Below, piece by piece: positions 33,409 through 42,057 of a stretch of 64,000 bases of DNA. A program made the position numbers and the translations under genes. Under the pieces are notes generated by a model. That model did no database searches and was not told the DNA's origin. It worked only from the letters and a program-made list of their open reading frames with translations. Position 1 is the first letter of the stretch, and every line of letters starts with the position of its first letter. The DNA lies in assembly GCA_963793115.1 (NCBI GenBank), contig CAWBYV010000008.1, positions 228,250 to 292,249 on the forward strand, written 5' to 3'. Origin of the DNA: an uncultured delta proteobacterium. Its GTDB lineage: Bacteria > Desulfobacterota > Binatia > Binatales > Binataceae.

Positions 33409-33572
33409 CAGACGACCCTCACCGGCGAGCCATTTGCTTACGCAAATGCTCGCCGACCTCTCCCTGGTCAGGGAGAGGTGTAGATTTGGCGGCGCTTTTC
33501 TTCGCCTCTCCCTGACCAGGGAGAGGCCGGCGCGGACGAGCGGAAGCTCGCTATACGCCGGGTGAGGGTAGC
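33409..33572. repeat. composite REP-like element (two units tail-to-tail) in the imuB-dnaE2 intergenic region
   Basis: GACCCTCACCGGCGAGC..CCTCTCCCTGGTCAGGGAGAGGTG (33409-33480) and the inverted unit CCTCTCCCTGACCAGGGAGAGG..CCGGGTGAGGGTA (33504-33572). Confidence 0.6.
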
Positions 33573-33641
33573 CTGAACGCACCGCTCCATCGTGTGCTCC
33601 TCCAACATTAGTCACGGCATTCCATGCGGGCGGTTGAATAG

Positions 33642-35357
33642 CTAGTCATAGAGTCCATCCACGAACCATTGATGAGAGCGCAGGTCGCAGAACATCCGGT
33701 AGACAGCGCCGTCGGCGAGCGCGACATCGTAGTAATCGCGGGCGAGGGGAGTGGCTATTGTTCTGGAAAAAGACCTCTCCCCGAACCCCTCGCCCGCAGG
33801 GGAGGGGCAGGAGATGGTTGCGCCATTTTCTCTATGGTTCCCCCTTTCCAGGGAGAGGGTGGGGGTGAGGGTTTCTTCGCGCCACCATTCGCCCTCACGC
33901 CGCCACGGCCCCGAGATCGAGACCACGCGCGCGCATACGGTTCGTCCCCGCACAAATTCCGGCACGCCGCCGCGGGTGCACATCACCTCGACTTCCTCGG
34001 CGGGGCGAATCGCGCGGATCACGAGCCGCGCGATATTAGCGGCTACGTCTTTTTCAGGTGGAAGAGATACCCTCACCCGGTGAGCGCAGCGCTCACCGGC
34101 CTCTCCCCGCGCCGGGGGCGACTGGTCAGGGAGAGGTGAAGAAGGAGGAACGGGAGAAGGCGGAGGGGGATCGAACGGGACGACTTCGATCGCTTCGGGG
34201 CGCCAGGAATTGACGGGCTTGAGCGTGCCGACGCGACCGGGGCCACAGATGGCGGCCAGGCGCGCGATCGTGGTCTGCAAGCGATCTGGAGCAGGCGAGG
34301 GCGGCAGGAACAGGTCGGTCTGCGCCGGGCGCGGGACTCGCGGCTCGGCGGTGATTCGGATCGTTCCGATCGCGGCGGACGGCGGCGCCGCTTCGAGACT
34401 CAGGATTATCAGCGCGAGTAGCGAGCGGACCTCGTTAGTGGGCGCCGCGATCGCAACCCGCCGATCATAAACGCCGTGCCCGTCAAGCCCGAGCGAGAGC
34501 ATCAGGTCGCCGGCGACCAGGCCGCGAAGTTCGAGCCGCGCGGCCAGCCGCTCGACCATCGGGCGCATCACGAAGCCGAGCGGCTCGAGCATTTCGATTC
34601 CGTAATCCAGCTCGACCGTCTCGGCGAACAGCTCGGCGCGCGGGCAGGGGATGAACGGCGCATTATTTTCGCCGCGCGCGAGGCGGGCCAGATCCACGCC
34701 GCGTGCGCCGAGCCGGCTGCCGAGCGCGCAGGGTTCTATCCGGGCAAGCTCGCCAAGCCGGCGGATACCCCATCGCGCGAGCGTAAACACCAACTCGGCG
34801 CCGTCGGGATCGTCCGCGCCGGTGGCGAGCACGTCGAGCGGCATCCAGTCGAGGAACTCGCGCTCCTTACAAGCGGGGATCGCTCTTTGCCCGCCGCATC
34901 GCGCCGCGAGCCAGGCGGCCTCCTTGCTCGACGCGATTCCAATCGCGGCGTCGAATCCGACTTTCGCCGCGCGCCGCGCGAGTTCCGCCGCCATCTGCTC
35001 TTCCGTGCCATGGATTCCGGCGAGTCCTGCCAAATCGAGATACGCACATCCCGGCCCGCCGTCCTCGACTATCGGTGAGAATGACTCGGCTGCGTCCAGT
35101 ATCGCATCATGGGCCGAGCGTTCGGCGGCCGGCGACGGCGCAACGGGAATCAGCCCGGATACGAGCGCGCGCGCCTGCGCGACCGTCATCCCGGCCCGCA
35201 CGCCGGAGGTCCTCGCGCACGCGGAGACCGCGGTAAGCTCGGCGTGTCCTTCGCGGCCGGCGCTCAGCGCGACGGGCCGATCGCGCAGCTCGGGATTGGC
35301 GCGGACGATCGCGGCGACGGGAAAATCGCCAATCAGGATACATGCAATACGAGCCAT
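33642..35357 (-). CDS. imuB: ImuB (Y-family polymerase-like) protein of the imuA-imuB-dnaE2 mutagenesis cassette, carrying in-frame repeat-derived insertions
   Basis: 571-aa intact ORF. N-terminal UmuC/DinB-like fold (MARIACILIGDFPVAAI..). Conserved C-terminal motif DYYDVALADGAVYRMFCDLRSHQWFVDGLYD. Two REP-like units (33771-33875, 34068-34137) are translated in frame as SSPLPDQSPPARGEAGERC.. and ..EGEWWREETLTPTLSLERG... Confidence 0.75.
   Translation of the reverse strand: MARIACILIGDFPVAAIVRANPELRDRPVALSAGREGHAELTAVSACARTSGVRAGMTVAQARALVSGLIPVAPSPAAERSAHDAILDAAESFSPIVEDGGPGCAYLDLAGLAGIHGTEEQMAAELARRAAKVGFDAAIGIASSKEAAWLAARCGGQRAIPACKEREFLDWMPLDVLATGADDPDGAELVFTLARWGIRRLGELARIEPCALGSRLGARGVDLARLARGENNAPFIPCPRAELFAETVELDYGIEMLEPLGFVMRPMVERLAARLELRGLVAGDLMLSLGLDGHGVYDRRVAIAAPTNEVRSLLALIILSLEAAPPSAAIGTIRITAEPRVPRPAQTDLFLPPSPAPDRLQTTIARLAAICGPGRVGTLKPVNSWRPEAIEVVPFDPPPPSPVPPSSPLPDQSPPARGEAGERCAHRVRVSLPPEKDVAANIARLVIRAIRPAEEVEVMCTRGGVPEFVRGRTVCARVVSISGPWRREGEWWREETLTPTLSLERGNHRENGATISCPSPAGEGFGERSFSRTIATPLARDYYDVALADGAVYRMFCDLRSHQWFVDGLYD
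33771..33875. repeat. degenerate REP-like unit inside imuB coding sequence
   Basis: GACCTCTCCCCGAACCCCTCGCCCGCAGGGGAGGGG and TCCAGGGAGAGGGTGGGGGTGAGGGT, divergent copies of the tail and head motifs. Confidence 0.4.
34068..34137. repeat. REP-like unit inside imuB coding sequence
   Basis: TACCCTCACCCGGTGAGCGCAGCGCTCACCGGCCTCTCCCCGCGCCGGGGGCGACTGGTCAGGGAGAGGTG, full head-palindrome-tail architecture. Confidence 0.55.
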
Positions 35358-35372
35358 CGGAGTCGCATTGGT

Positions 35373-36240
35373 TCAGGCGCACCTAACCCCTAACCCCTTC
35401 CCGACGCGGGAAGGGGAACCTTGCTCCATTTCTCCACCGCTCCCGTCCACCAGCGCGTGCCAGCTCGCGCGCGCGCCGACGCCGCCCAGCTTGTTGCGCG
35501 CGACCAGCGCCTCGATCGCGAGACCGTCGAACAGCGAGGGGGCTCCGATCGCGCGACGGCTGAAGCAGGCCTGGTTGCGGCTGAGCATGAGACTTTGCGC
35601 GGCGAACGTTCCGCACATCCGGAAGGTCGCGAGCACGATCACGGCGGCGCCGGTCCGCTCCGCGATCCGGGCGATTCGAAGCGCCGCGCTGTGCGGAATC
35701 GCGCGAGTGGAGTTGCCGAAGTCGATAACGACCAGGCCGAAGCCGCCCGCCTCCAGGACCAGTTCAGCGGCACGAACGGTCGCCACCGGCGCGGTCGCCC
35801 CCGGCGTCGCCATCGGCGCGGCGGCGGCATTCCATTCAAATCGAGGCGAGCGATCGACGCGCGGCGATGACCACAACACGCGCGTGAGGTCGGCGCCTGG
35901 CCGCCGCGACAGTCACAGGATCGAAACTGCCCGCTGAATCGATCCACGCCGCAGCTTCACCACCGCGGGTCGCTGACGCGACGAAGCAGGCGGCGAGCGA
36001 GGTCTTGCCGGCGCCGACCGGACCGACGATTTCGCTGATTCTGCCGCGTACGATTCCCGCGCCCAGCAGACGGTCGATCAGAGTGAGCCCCGAGCTTAGG
36101 CGGCGGGCTTTGCGGGTAAGTTCGCGGCCGGTAAAAACTCCTGTGATTTTAAGAGCTTGTAATGTTTTGACAGATCCGGCAAGAGGCGCCGAATTGGCTT
36201 GAGAAAGCCCGCTCAAAGTGCTGGAAAGCGACGCAGCCAC
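35373..36240 (-). CDS. imuA: ImuA (RecA/SulA-like) protein (frame break near 35860)
   Basis: ORF 35836..36240 has the Walker A-like loop (EIVGPVGAGKTSLAACFVASA). Continuation in ORF 35373..35879 (..GGFGLVVIDFG..). Position directly upstream of imuB. Confidence 0.6.
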
Positions 36241-36325
36241 GAAGGCTACTTTCGCTTTTTATTCGTCTTATGTCAACGCTAAAGAGTCAAGAACTTCATG
36301 GCCGACAGGCAGGCTGCGTGCAGAG

Positions 36326-36382
36326 TACCCTCACCCGGCGAGCGCGACGCTCGCCGACCTCTCCCTGGTCAGGGAGAGGTGT
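36326..36382. repeat. REP-like unit in the imuA upstream region
   Basis: TACCCTCACCCGGCGAGCGCGACGCTCGCCGACCTCTCCCTGGTCAGGGAGAGGTG (head, 15-nt palindrome, hairpin tail). Confidence 0.55.
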
Positions 36383-36415
36383 TAAAGAGCACATCCCAGT
36401 TGTACGTGCGGGTGT

Positions 36416-37437
36416 TCAGATTTCGCGGTCGATCTGTTCGTCGATCAGGATGCGCAGGCTGTCGCGATAGATCGAGGGCTTGAGCTGCGCGAGGATGTTG
36501 CGCGCCACTTCGACCTGCTCCGCGGCCATCGCGCGGGCCCGGGCGAGCAGGCGCGGACTGCGCAGGATCTGCATCGCGCGTGCGAAGTCGGCGCCGTCGA
36601 GCGCGCGGCCGTTGCCGAACAGGCCGCGCAACTCGGGGTCGGACTCGACCGCGAGCACTACCGGTAGCGACGGAATTCCTTCGCGCAGATCGGAACCGAC
36701 CGGCTTGCCGGTTTTCGCTTCGGGGCCGAGGACATCGAGCAGGTCGTCGATCATCTGAAACGCGAGCCCGATCGCGCTGCCAAGATCCGCCATCGCAGAC
36801 GACAATCGAGCGGGCGCTCCGGCGAGCTTGGCAGCGACTTTGCCACCGGCCGCGAACAGCGATCCGGTCTTGCGCCCGATCACTGCCATATAGTCGGTGA
36901 GGCTCACGGCGGGGTTGCGGCGCAGCCGCCCCTCCATCACTTCGCCCTCGGTCAACTGGATACAGGCCTGCGCGGCGGTGCGCACCAGATGCTCCTCGAA
37001 GCGGCCGCACAACTCGAAGGCGCGGCAGAACAGATAATCGCCGGCGACCATCGTGGGTCCCGCACCATATCGCATGAAGGCCGAAGGCTTGCCGCGGCGC
37101 AGCGTGCCGCCGTCGATGATATCGTCGTGAAGCAGCGTGGCCGAATGAATCAGCTCGAGCGCGATCGCGGCGTCAACCGCGTCAACGACCGTGCGTTCAT
37201 TGCCGCCGCATCCGCGATGGACGAGCAGAATGAACAGCGGGCGCAGGCGCTTGCCGCCGCCATCGATAAGATAGTGGCAGATTTCGGAGATCAGCCGCTC
37301 GCGCGAGTCGAGCAGGCGCGCGAGCTTTTCTTCGACCGCCAGCAGGTCGGCCTCGACGATACGGGCGGCTCGGCGATACGAGCAAGCGGCTCGATCATCT
37401 CCGGGGCGGCCAGCACTACGGATTTTGCCTTCTCCAT
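36416..37437 (-). CDS. polyprenyl diphosphate synthase (trans-IPPS, IspB/GGPPS-like) (frame break near 37380)
   Basis: ATG at 37437 (MEKAKSVVLAAPEMIEPLA). First DDxxD (LLHDDIIDGG) and second DDxxD (FQMIDDLLDV) motifs. Starts 3 nt after the cofE stop. Confidence 0.75.
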
Positions 37438-37439
37438 GC

Positions 37440-38192
37440 TCATCGAAACAGATCAGCTTCGGCCGGCCGAATCAGCGCCTTGGCGCTGCCCCCGGACGGA
37501 TCGTATTTGTAGCCGCGCACTATTACGGCCGGAATCGCCGCCGCCTTGCCCATCAAGAGGCCTGCCGCCGACGCGATCTCGTCGGCGATCGCGACGACCG
37601 TGTGATGGAGCTCGCGGCTGGCCAAATCGGTGGTGCCGCGCAGATCGAGCATCGGGTTCATCCCGGCGATTCCGAGGCAGATTTCGGTCAGGCCGTCGCG
37701 CCATGGACGCCCGAACGTATCAGTGATGAGCACCGCGATCTCGACCCCCGTCAGCCGCTTCAACTCGGCGCGGATTCGCTCCGCCGAGGCGTCGGGATCG
37801 GCCGGCAGCAGAATCGCGCACCCGTCGCTCATGCTGTTCGATTCGTCCACTCCCGCGTTGGCGCAGACCCATCCCGGTCCGGTCTCGACGATAAGCACCG
37901 CGCGATCCATCCGCACGATCCGGCTGGTCTGTCTCAGCACGAGCTCGATCGCGCGAGGATCTTTGTCCCATCGCCTGGCGAAGTTGATCGCCAGCTCCGA
38001 GGGCTCGACCTCCTTGAGATCGACCAGCCGGCCCTCGGACTTCGAGACTATCTTCTGGCAAATCACGACGATATCGCCGTGGGCGAGTCCCATCGCGTCT
38101 TTTTCGAGCGCGCGCGTCAGAAGCTCGGCGAGATTGTCGCCCTGCTTGACCAGAGGCATCCCCTCTACCGGGGTCAGGGTCAGAGTAGCCAC
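37440..38192 (-). CDS. cofE: coenzyme F420-0:L-glutamate ligase
   Basis: 250 aa. CofE signature (PLVKQGDNLAELL.., GDIVVICQKIVSKSEGR, CANAGVDESN). Confidence 0.8.
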   Translation of the reverse strand: MATLTLTPVEGMPLVKQGDNLAELLTRALEKDAMGLAHGDIVVICQKIVSKSEGRLVDLKEVEPSELAINFARRWDKDPRAIELVLRQTSRIVRMDRAVLIVETGPGWVCANAGVDESNSMSDGCAILLPADPDASAERIRAELKRLTGVEIAVLITDTFGRPWRDGLTEICLGIAGMNPMLDLRGTTDLASRELHHTVVAIADEIASAAGLLMGKAAAIPAVIVRGYKYDPSGGSAKALIRPAEADLFR

Positions 38193-38206
38193 AAGAAGCC
38201 TTAAGC

Positions 38207-39166
38207 CTACACCTCGAGTGCACGCAGAACCACATCCGCGAGCCGGGCTGCGCGCGCCGGCGTGCTCATAACAGTATCAGTGGTTAGCGCACGCATGCCA
38301 AGCTTTTCGATTGGGGCTGCGTAACGCCAATCAACCTTGTCGAGCACGAAGACGCTCGCGATGTCGTGATACAGTTTCGCCACCCCCAGCGGCGAGACCT
38401 CATGCCCGAGCCCGCGCATCATCTTGTCGGCGGGTCCCTTGATGGTCTTGCCGCCGACGATCGGGCTGATCGCGGCGACGTGCGCGCGCACCGATCTCAG
38501 CGCCGCGCGCATCCCGCGCAGCGCGAGTATCGGGCCGATCGAGACGAAGGGATTCGACGGCGCCAGGATCGCCGCCGCACAGCCCCCGATAGCCGCGATC
38601 GCGGCGGGCAGCGGATGAGCCCGGTCGGCGCCGCGCAGCTCGATTCGCTCGACGCGTCCGCGTGCGCGGCCGCGCACGAAATATTGCTGAAAAGGAATCG
38701 CCGCGCGGCCGCGCAGCTTTACGAAAGTGCGCACGCGGTCGTCGCTCATCGGGAGGATTCTCGCCCGCACCCCGAACCGGCCGGCGATCTCGCGCGTGAC
38801 CCGGCTCAGCGCGACGCCGCGGCTCAATTGCTCGGTGCGGAACAGATGGGTTGCCAGATCGCGATCACCGAGCGCGAACCATCCCCGGCCGTAGAAGCGC
38901 TCAAGCGCGCCGAGCGTGTTGAAGCTCTCGGCGTCGAGGCCCCATCCGTGCGCGCGGCTGACCACGTGGGCGAGTGTGTAGATGACGGTGTCGATGTCGG
39001 GTGATACATGAAGGCCGTAAAAATGTTCGTCGTCGCCGGTGTTGACGACGACGGTCAGGCGGCCGGGATCGACGCGGCGAACCAGCCCGCGTAGGAACCT
39101 AGCCGCACCCACTCCCCCCGCCAGCGTGATGATCGTGCTGGGGTTGGTCTTTCGGCCGTGCTCCAT
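38207..39166 (-). CDS. cofD: 2-phospho-L-lactate transferase
   Basis: Start at internal MEHGR. CofD/YvcK-family N-terminus (IITLAGGVGAARFLRGL.. NTGDDEHFYGLHVSPDIDTV). Assigned CofD by cofE/cofH/cofG context. Confidence 0.75.
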   Translation of the reverse strand: MEHGRKTNPSTIITLAGGVGAARFLRGLVRRVDPGRLTVVVNTGDDEHFYGLHVSPDIDTVIYTLAHVVSRAHGWGLDAESFNTLGALERFYGRGWFALGDRDLATHLFRTEQLSRGVALSRVTREIAGRFGVRARILPMSDDRVRTFVKLRGRAAIPFQQYFVRGRARGRVERIELRGADRAHPLPAAIAAIGGCAAAILAPSNPFVSIGPILALRGMRAALRSVRAHVAAISPIVGGKTIKGPADKMMRGLGHEVSPLGVAKLYHDIASVFVLDKVDWRYAAPIEKLGMRALTTDTVMSTPARAARLADVVLRALEV

Positions 39167-40358
39167 TGGGCGCCTTTTTTCCGTAGAGCTTCCTGTAAGT
39201 GGTTGTGCGCTCGACAGGGATGCGTCCAATCTCACGCGCCTTTTCCTCGATCAGATCGACCGGCACGAACTCGCCGGCGGTCCCGCCGGCCTGCGCCGTG
39301 ATGCTCTCTTCCATCAGCGTGCCCGAAAAGTCGTTGCATCCGGTCTTGAGCGTGAGCGCTGCGAGATCGACGCCGAGCTTCACCCACGAGGTTTGGAGAT
39401 TGTCGATCCAGCCGCGCAGAAAGAGCCGCGAGAACGCGTACATCCTGAGATCGGGAAGTCCGGTTTCGGATGGCGCGACCAATCCTTTGCGGTAGAGCAC
39501 GGTGTTCTCGTGGATGAAGCGCAGCGGCACGAACTCGGTGATGCCGCCGGTCTGCTTCTGAATGTCGCGGATCAGGCTCAGATGGTTGACCACGTGGCGC
39601 GGACTTTCGAGATGCCCGTACATGATCGTGGAGGAGGTCGGCACGCCGAGCGAATGCGCGGTGGTGATGATATCGACCCACGCGGCGACATCGACCTTCT
39701 TGTGGCTCAGGATCTCGCGCACGCTGTCGTCGAGAATTTCCGCCGCGGTGCCGGGAATCGATCCGAGTCCGTTGTCGCGGAGCATCGCGATATACTCGCG
39801 ATATTCCATCTGCACGCGGCGCGCGCCGTACATGATCTCCATCGGCGAGAAGGCGTGAACGTGGATCGCGGGGAATTCGCGCTTAATCGCGCGGAGCAGG
39901 TCGCGATACTTGAACGGCGGCATGTCGGGATTGATGCCGCCCTGCATGCAGATTTCGGTTGCGCCGCGCGCCTGCGCGTCCGCGACCTTGGCTAGAATGA
40001 CCTCGTCGGCGTGGTCGTAGGCGTCGGACTCCCACTTCTGGCGCTTGAACCCGCAGAACTGGCATCCGACGAAACAGATATTGGTGAAGTTGATATTGCG
40101 GTTGACGACGTAGGTGACCTCGTCGCCGACATCCTCGGCGCGCGCGAGATCGGCGCACTTGATCACCGCACGCAGGTCGTCGCCGGCGGCGGTGTAGAGC
40201 GCGAGGCCGTCTTCGGCGTTTAGTTCTTCGCGCCGCAGGCTCTTTTCAAGCGCGGCGCGCACGCTCGCCGATACCGGGCGCATCAGGACGCTGAGCGGCG
40301 TCGCCTCGATCTCGTTCACATAGTCGCGAAGTTCGGCCAAGTCCATAGTTGAACTCAC
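39099..40358 (-). CDS. cofH: FO synthase subunit 2 (radical SAM)
   Basis: Radical-SAM CxxxCxxC (CFVGCQFCGF) and the CofH-type C-terminal domain. 3' end overlaps cofD by roughly 130 nt, so the exact C-terminus is uncertain. Confidence 0.8.
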   Translation of the reverse strand: MSSTMDLAELRDYVNEIEATPLSVLMRPVSASVRAALEKSLRREELNAEDGLALYTAAGDDLRAVIKCADLARAEDVGDEVTYVVNRNINFTNICFVGCQFCGFKRQKWESDAYDHADEVILAKVADAQARGATEICMQGGINPDMPPFKYRDLLRAIKREFPAIHVHAFSPMEIMYGARRVQMEYREYIAMLRDNGLGSIPGTAAEILDDSVREILSHKKVDVAAWVDIITTAHSLGVPTSSTIMYGHLESPRHVVNHLSLIRDIQKQTGGITEFVPLRFIHENTVLYRKGLVAPSETGLPDLRMYAFSRLFLRGWIDNLQTSWVKLGVDLAALTLKTGCNDFSGTLMEESITAQAGGTAGEFVPVDLIEEKAREIGRIPVERTTTYRKLYGKKAPNGARPKDQPQHDHHAGGGSGCG

Positions 40359-41593
40359 GCGTTACCTCCAGTCGCAGTTCCAGTGCCCGCCTCGATCGCA
40401 AGCGTCGCCAGCCGCGGCGCGAGCTGCGGGTCTACCCATTCATCATTGATATATTCGGGATAGATTGCCAGACGTTCCGTGAGCCGGAAGCCCGCGCGGG
40501 CGCATCGCTCGGCGAGCATCGCGATATGCGGCCACGGTGCTTCGGGGTTGACATAGTCCTTGCTGAGCGGCGAGATCCCGCCCCAGTCGTTGATTCCGGC
40601 GCTCAGGAACAGCTCGATCGAATTCGGCGACAGGTTCGGCGGCGCCTGCACGTTCATCTTGCCGCCCAGGACCAGCCGGGCGGTCGCGATCGCGCGCGCC
40701 ATCTCCATCTCGCCGGGCTCGGGCGCGCCGGCCATCGCGATATCGGGCTTGGCGCGGAAGTTCTGGACGATCACTTCCTGGATATGGCCGTGACGCTCGT
40801 GCGTATCGCGGATCGCAATCAGGCTCTGCGCGCGCTCGGCCGGCGTCTCGCCGATGCCGAGCAGGATGCCGGTGGTGAAGGGGATCCTCAACTCGCCGGC
40901 CTCGTCGATCATCCGCATCCGTAGCGCGGGGTCTTTGTCGGGCGCCGCCTGATGGACTCCGCCGCGTTCGCGCAGATGGGGCGAGACATTTTCGAGCATC
41001 AGCCCCATGCTGGCGTTGAGCGATCTCAGCCCCCGCATCTCGTCGCGGGTCATCAGGCCGGCGTTGGTATGGGGCAATAATCCTTCTTTCAGGGCGATCC
41101 CGCACGCGCGCCCGACGTATTCGATCGTGCTGCGCACGCCGAGCGATTTGAGCGTCTCGCGATACTCGCGGAAACTCACTTCGGGCTTGTCGCCGAGGCA
41201 CATCAGCGCCTCCTTGCAGCCGAGCTTGCGTCCCTGGCGCGACCACTCGGCGATCTCTGCGGGCATCATGGTCCACGCGCCGGGATCGCCGGGATCCTTG
41301 CGGAACGTGCAGTAGGAGCATCGATCGCGGCACAGATTGGTGATCGGCAGGAAGACCTTGCGCGAGTAAGTGACGTCGCGGCCTTTGGAAAGGTCGCGCA
41401 TGCTTGCTGCCGCGCGAAGAATCGCGGGCAGCTCAGCGTCGGAACATTCGATCAGCGCGATCGCATCGTGCTCGGACAGTCTACCGCCGCAGAGCGCCCG
41501 ATCGAGAATGTCGCGAATGATCGGCCGGATCGCCGCCTCGGTCGCGGCTGCGCCAGCGGCGTTCAGAGACGAGTCAAATTGCTCCAGCGCCAT
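40355..41593 (-). CDS. cofG: FO synthase subunit 1 (radical SAM)
   Basis: Radical-SAM motif CRDRCSYCTF. 412 aa. 4-nt overlap with cofH. Confidence 0.8.
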   Translation of the reverse strand: MALEQFDSSLNAAGAAATEAAIRPIIRDILDRALCGGRLSEHDAIALIECSDAELPAILRAAASMRDLSKGRDVTYSRKVFLPITNLCRDRCSYCTFRKDPGDPGAWTMMPAEIAEWSRQGRKLGCKEALMCLGDKPEVSFREYRETLKSLGVRSTIEYVGRACGIALKEGLLPHTNAGLMTRDEMRGLRSLNASMGLMLENVSPHLRERGGVHQAAPDKDPALRMRMIDEAGELRIPFTTGILLGIGETPAERAQSLIAIRDTHERHGHIQEVIVQNFRAKPDIAMAGAPEPGEMEMARAIATARLVLGGKMNVQAPPNLSPNSIELFLSAGINDWGGISPLSKDYVNPEAPWPHIAMLAERCARAGFRLTERLAIYPEYINDEWVDPQLAPRLATLAIEAGTGTATGGNA

Positions 41594-41686
41594 GACTGAT
41601 CGCGGTTATAGGTCATCGGGTATGGTGAGGCAACCGAGGCGCTATCAGCCTTTCCCGCGCCCTGTCTCAGAGTTGAATCCGCATTT

Positions 41687-41704
41687 CTGGAGCGGGTGAA
41701 CGGT
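41687..41704. repeat. 18-bp direct repeat CTGGAGCGGGTGAACGGT (copy 1) flanking the mazEF module
   Basis: Identical copy at 42387-42404, exactly 700 bp away. The two copies bracket mazF and mazE. Confidence 0.7.
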
Positions 41705-41709
41705 TTCTG

Positions 41710-42057
41710 TCAGATCGTAATGAAGGCGTTCAGCTTGGCGCGGACGAGTTGCGCAACCTCAGTCGGCACGGCAGCGCCCGCGTAACGGACGCGGCGGGCT
41801 ATCGCGTCGATACTGCGGATGTGGCTGGTCAGGATTTCGCCGGCGATCGGCAAGCCCGGCGGCAGAGCGACGCTGGTCGGAAATGGCCGCACGCGTGACG
41901 TGATAGGGCAGACAATTGCCAGCCCGGTGTTTTCGGTAAACCTGGCCGAAGAAACCACCAGAGCCGGTCGCCGGCCTGCCTGCTCCCTGCCTCTCGTCGG
42001 GTCAAAGTCAGTCCAGATCAGATCGCCTGCGCCGGGTGCGTAGGCTCGCCGGGTCAT
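41710..42057 (-). CDS. mazF: type II toxin MazF/PemK-family mRNA interferase
   Basis: 115 aa. GDLIWTDFDPTRGREQAGRRPALVVS matches the PemK/MazF N-terminal beta-strand signature. Confidence 0.8.
   Translation of the reverse strand: MTRRAYAPGAGDLIWTDFDPTRGREQAGRRPALVVSSARFTENTGLAIVCPITSRVRPFPTSVALPPGLPIAGEILTSHIRSIDAIARRVRYAGAAVPTEVAQLVRAKLNAFITI

Noticed and set aside
41640-41705. Possible tRNA or tRNA fragment (GTTGAATCC T-loop-like motif) as an integration site next to mazEF
   Set aside because: No acceptor, D or anticodon stems can be folded around it and there is no CCA-adjacent structure. The motif is an isolated 9-mer.
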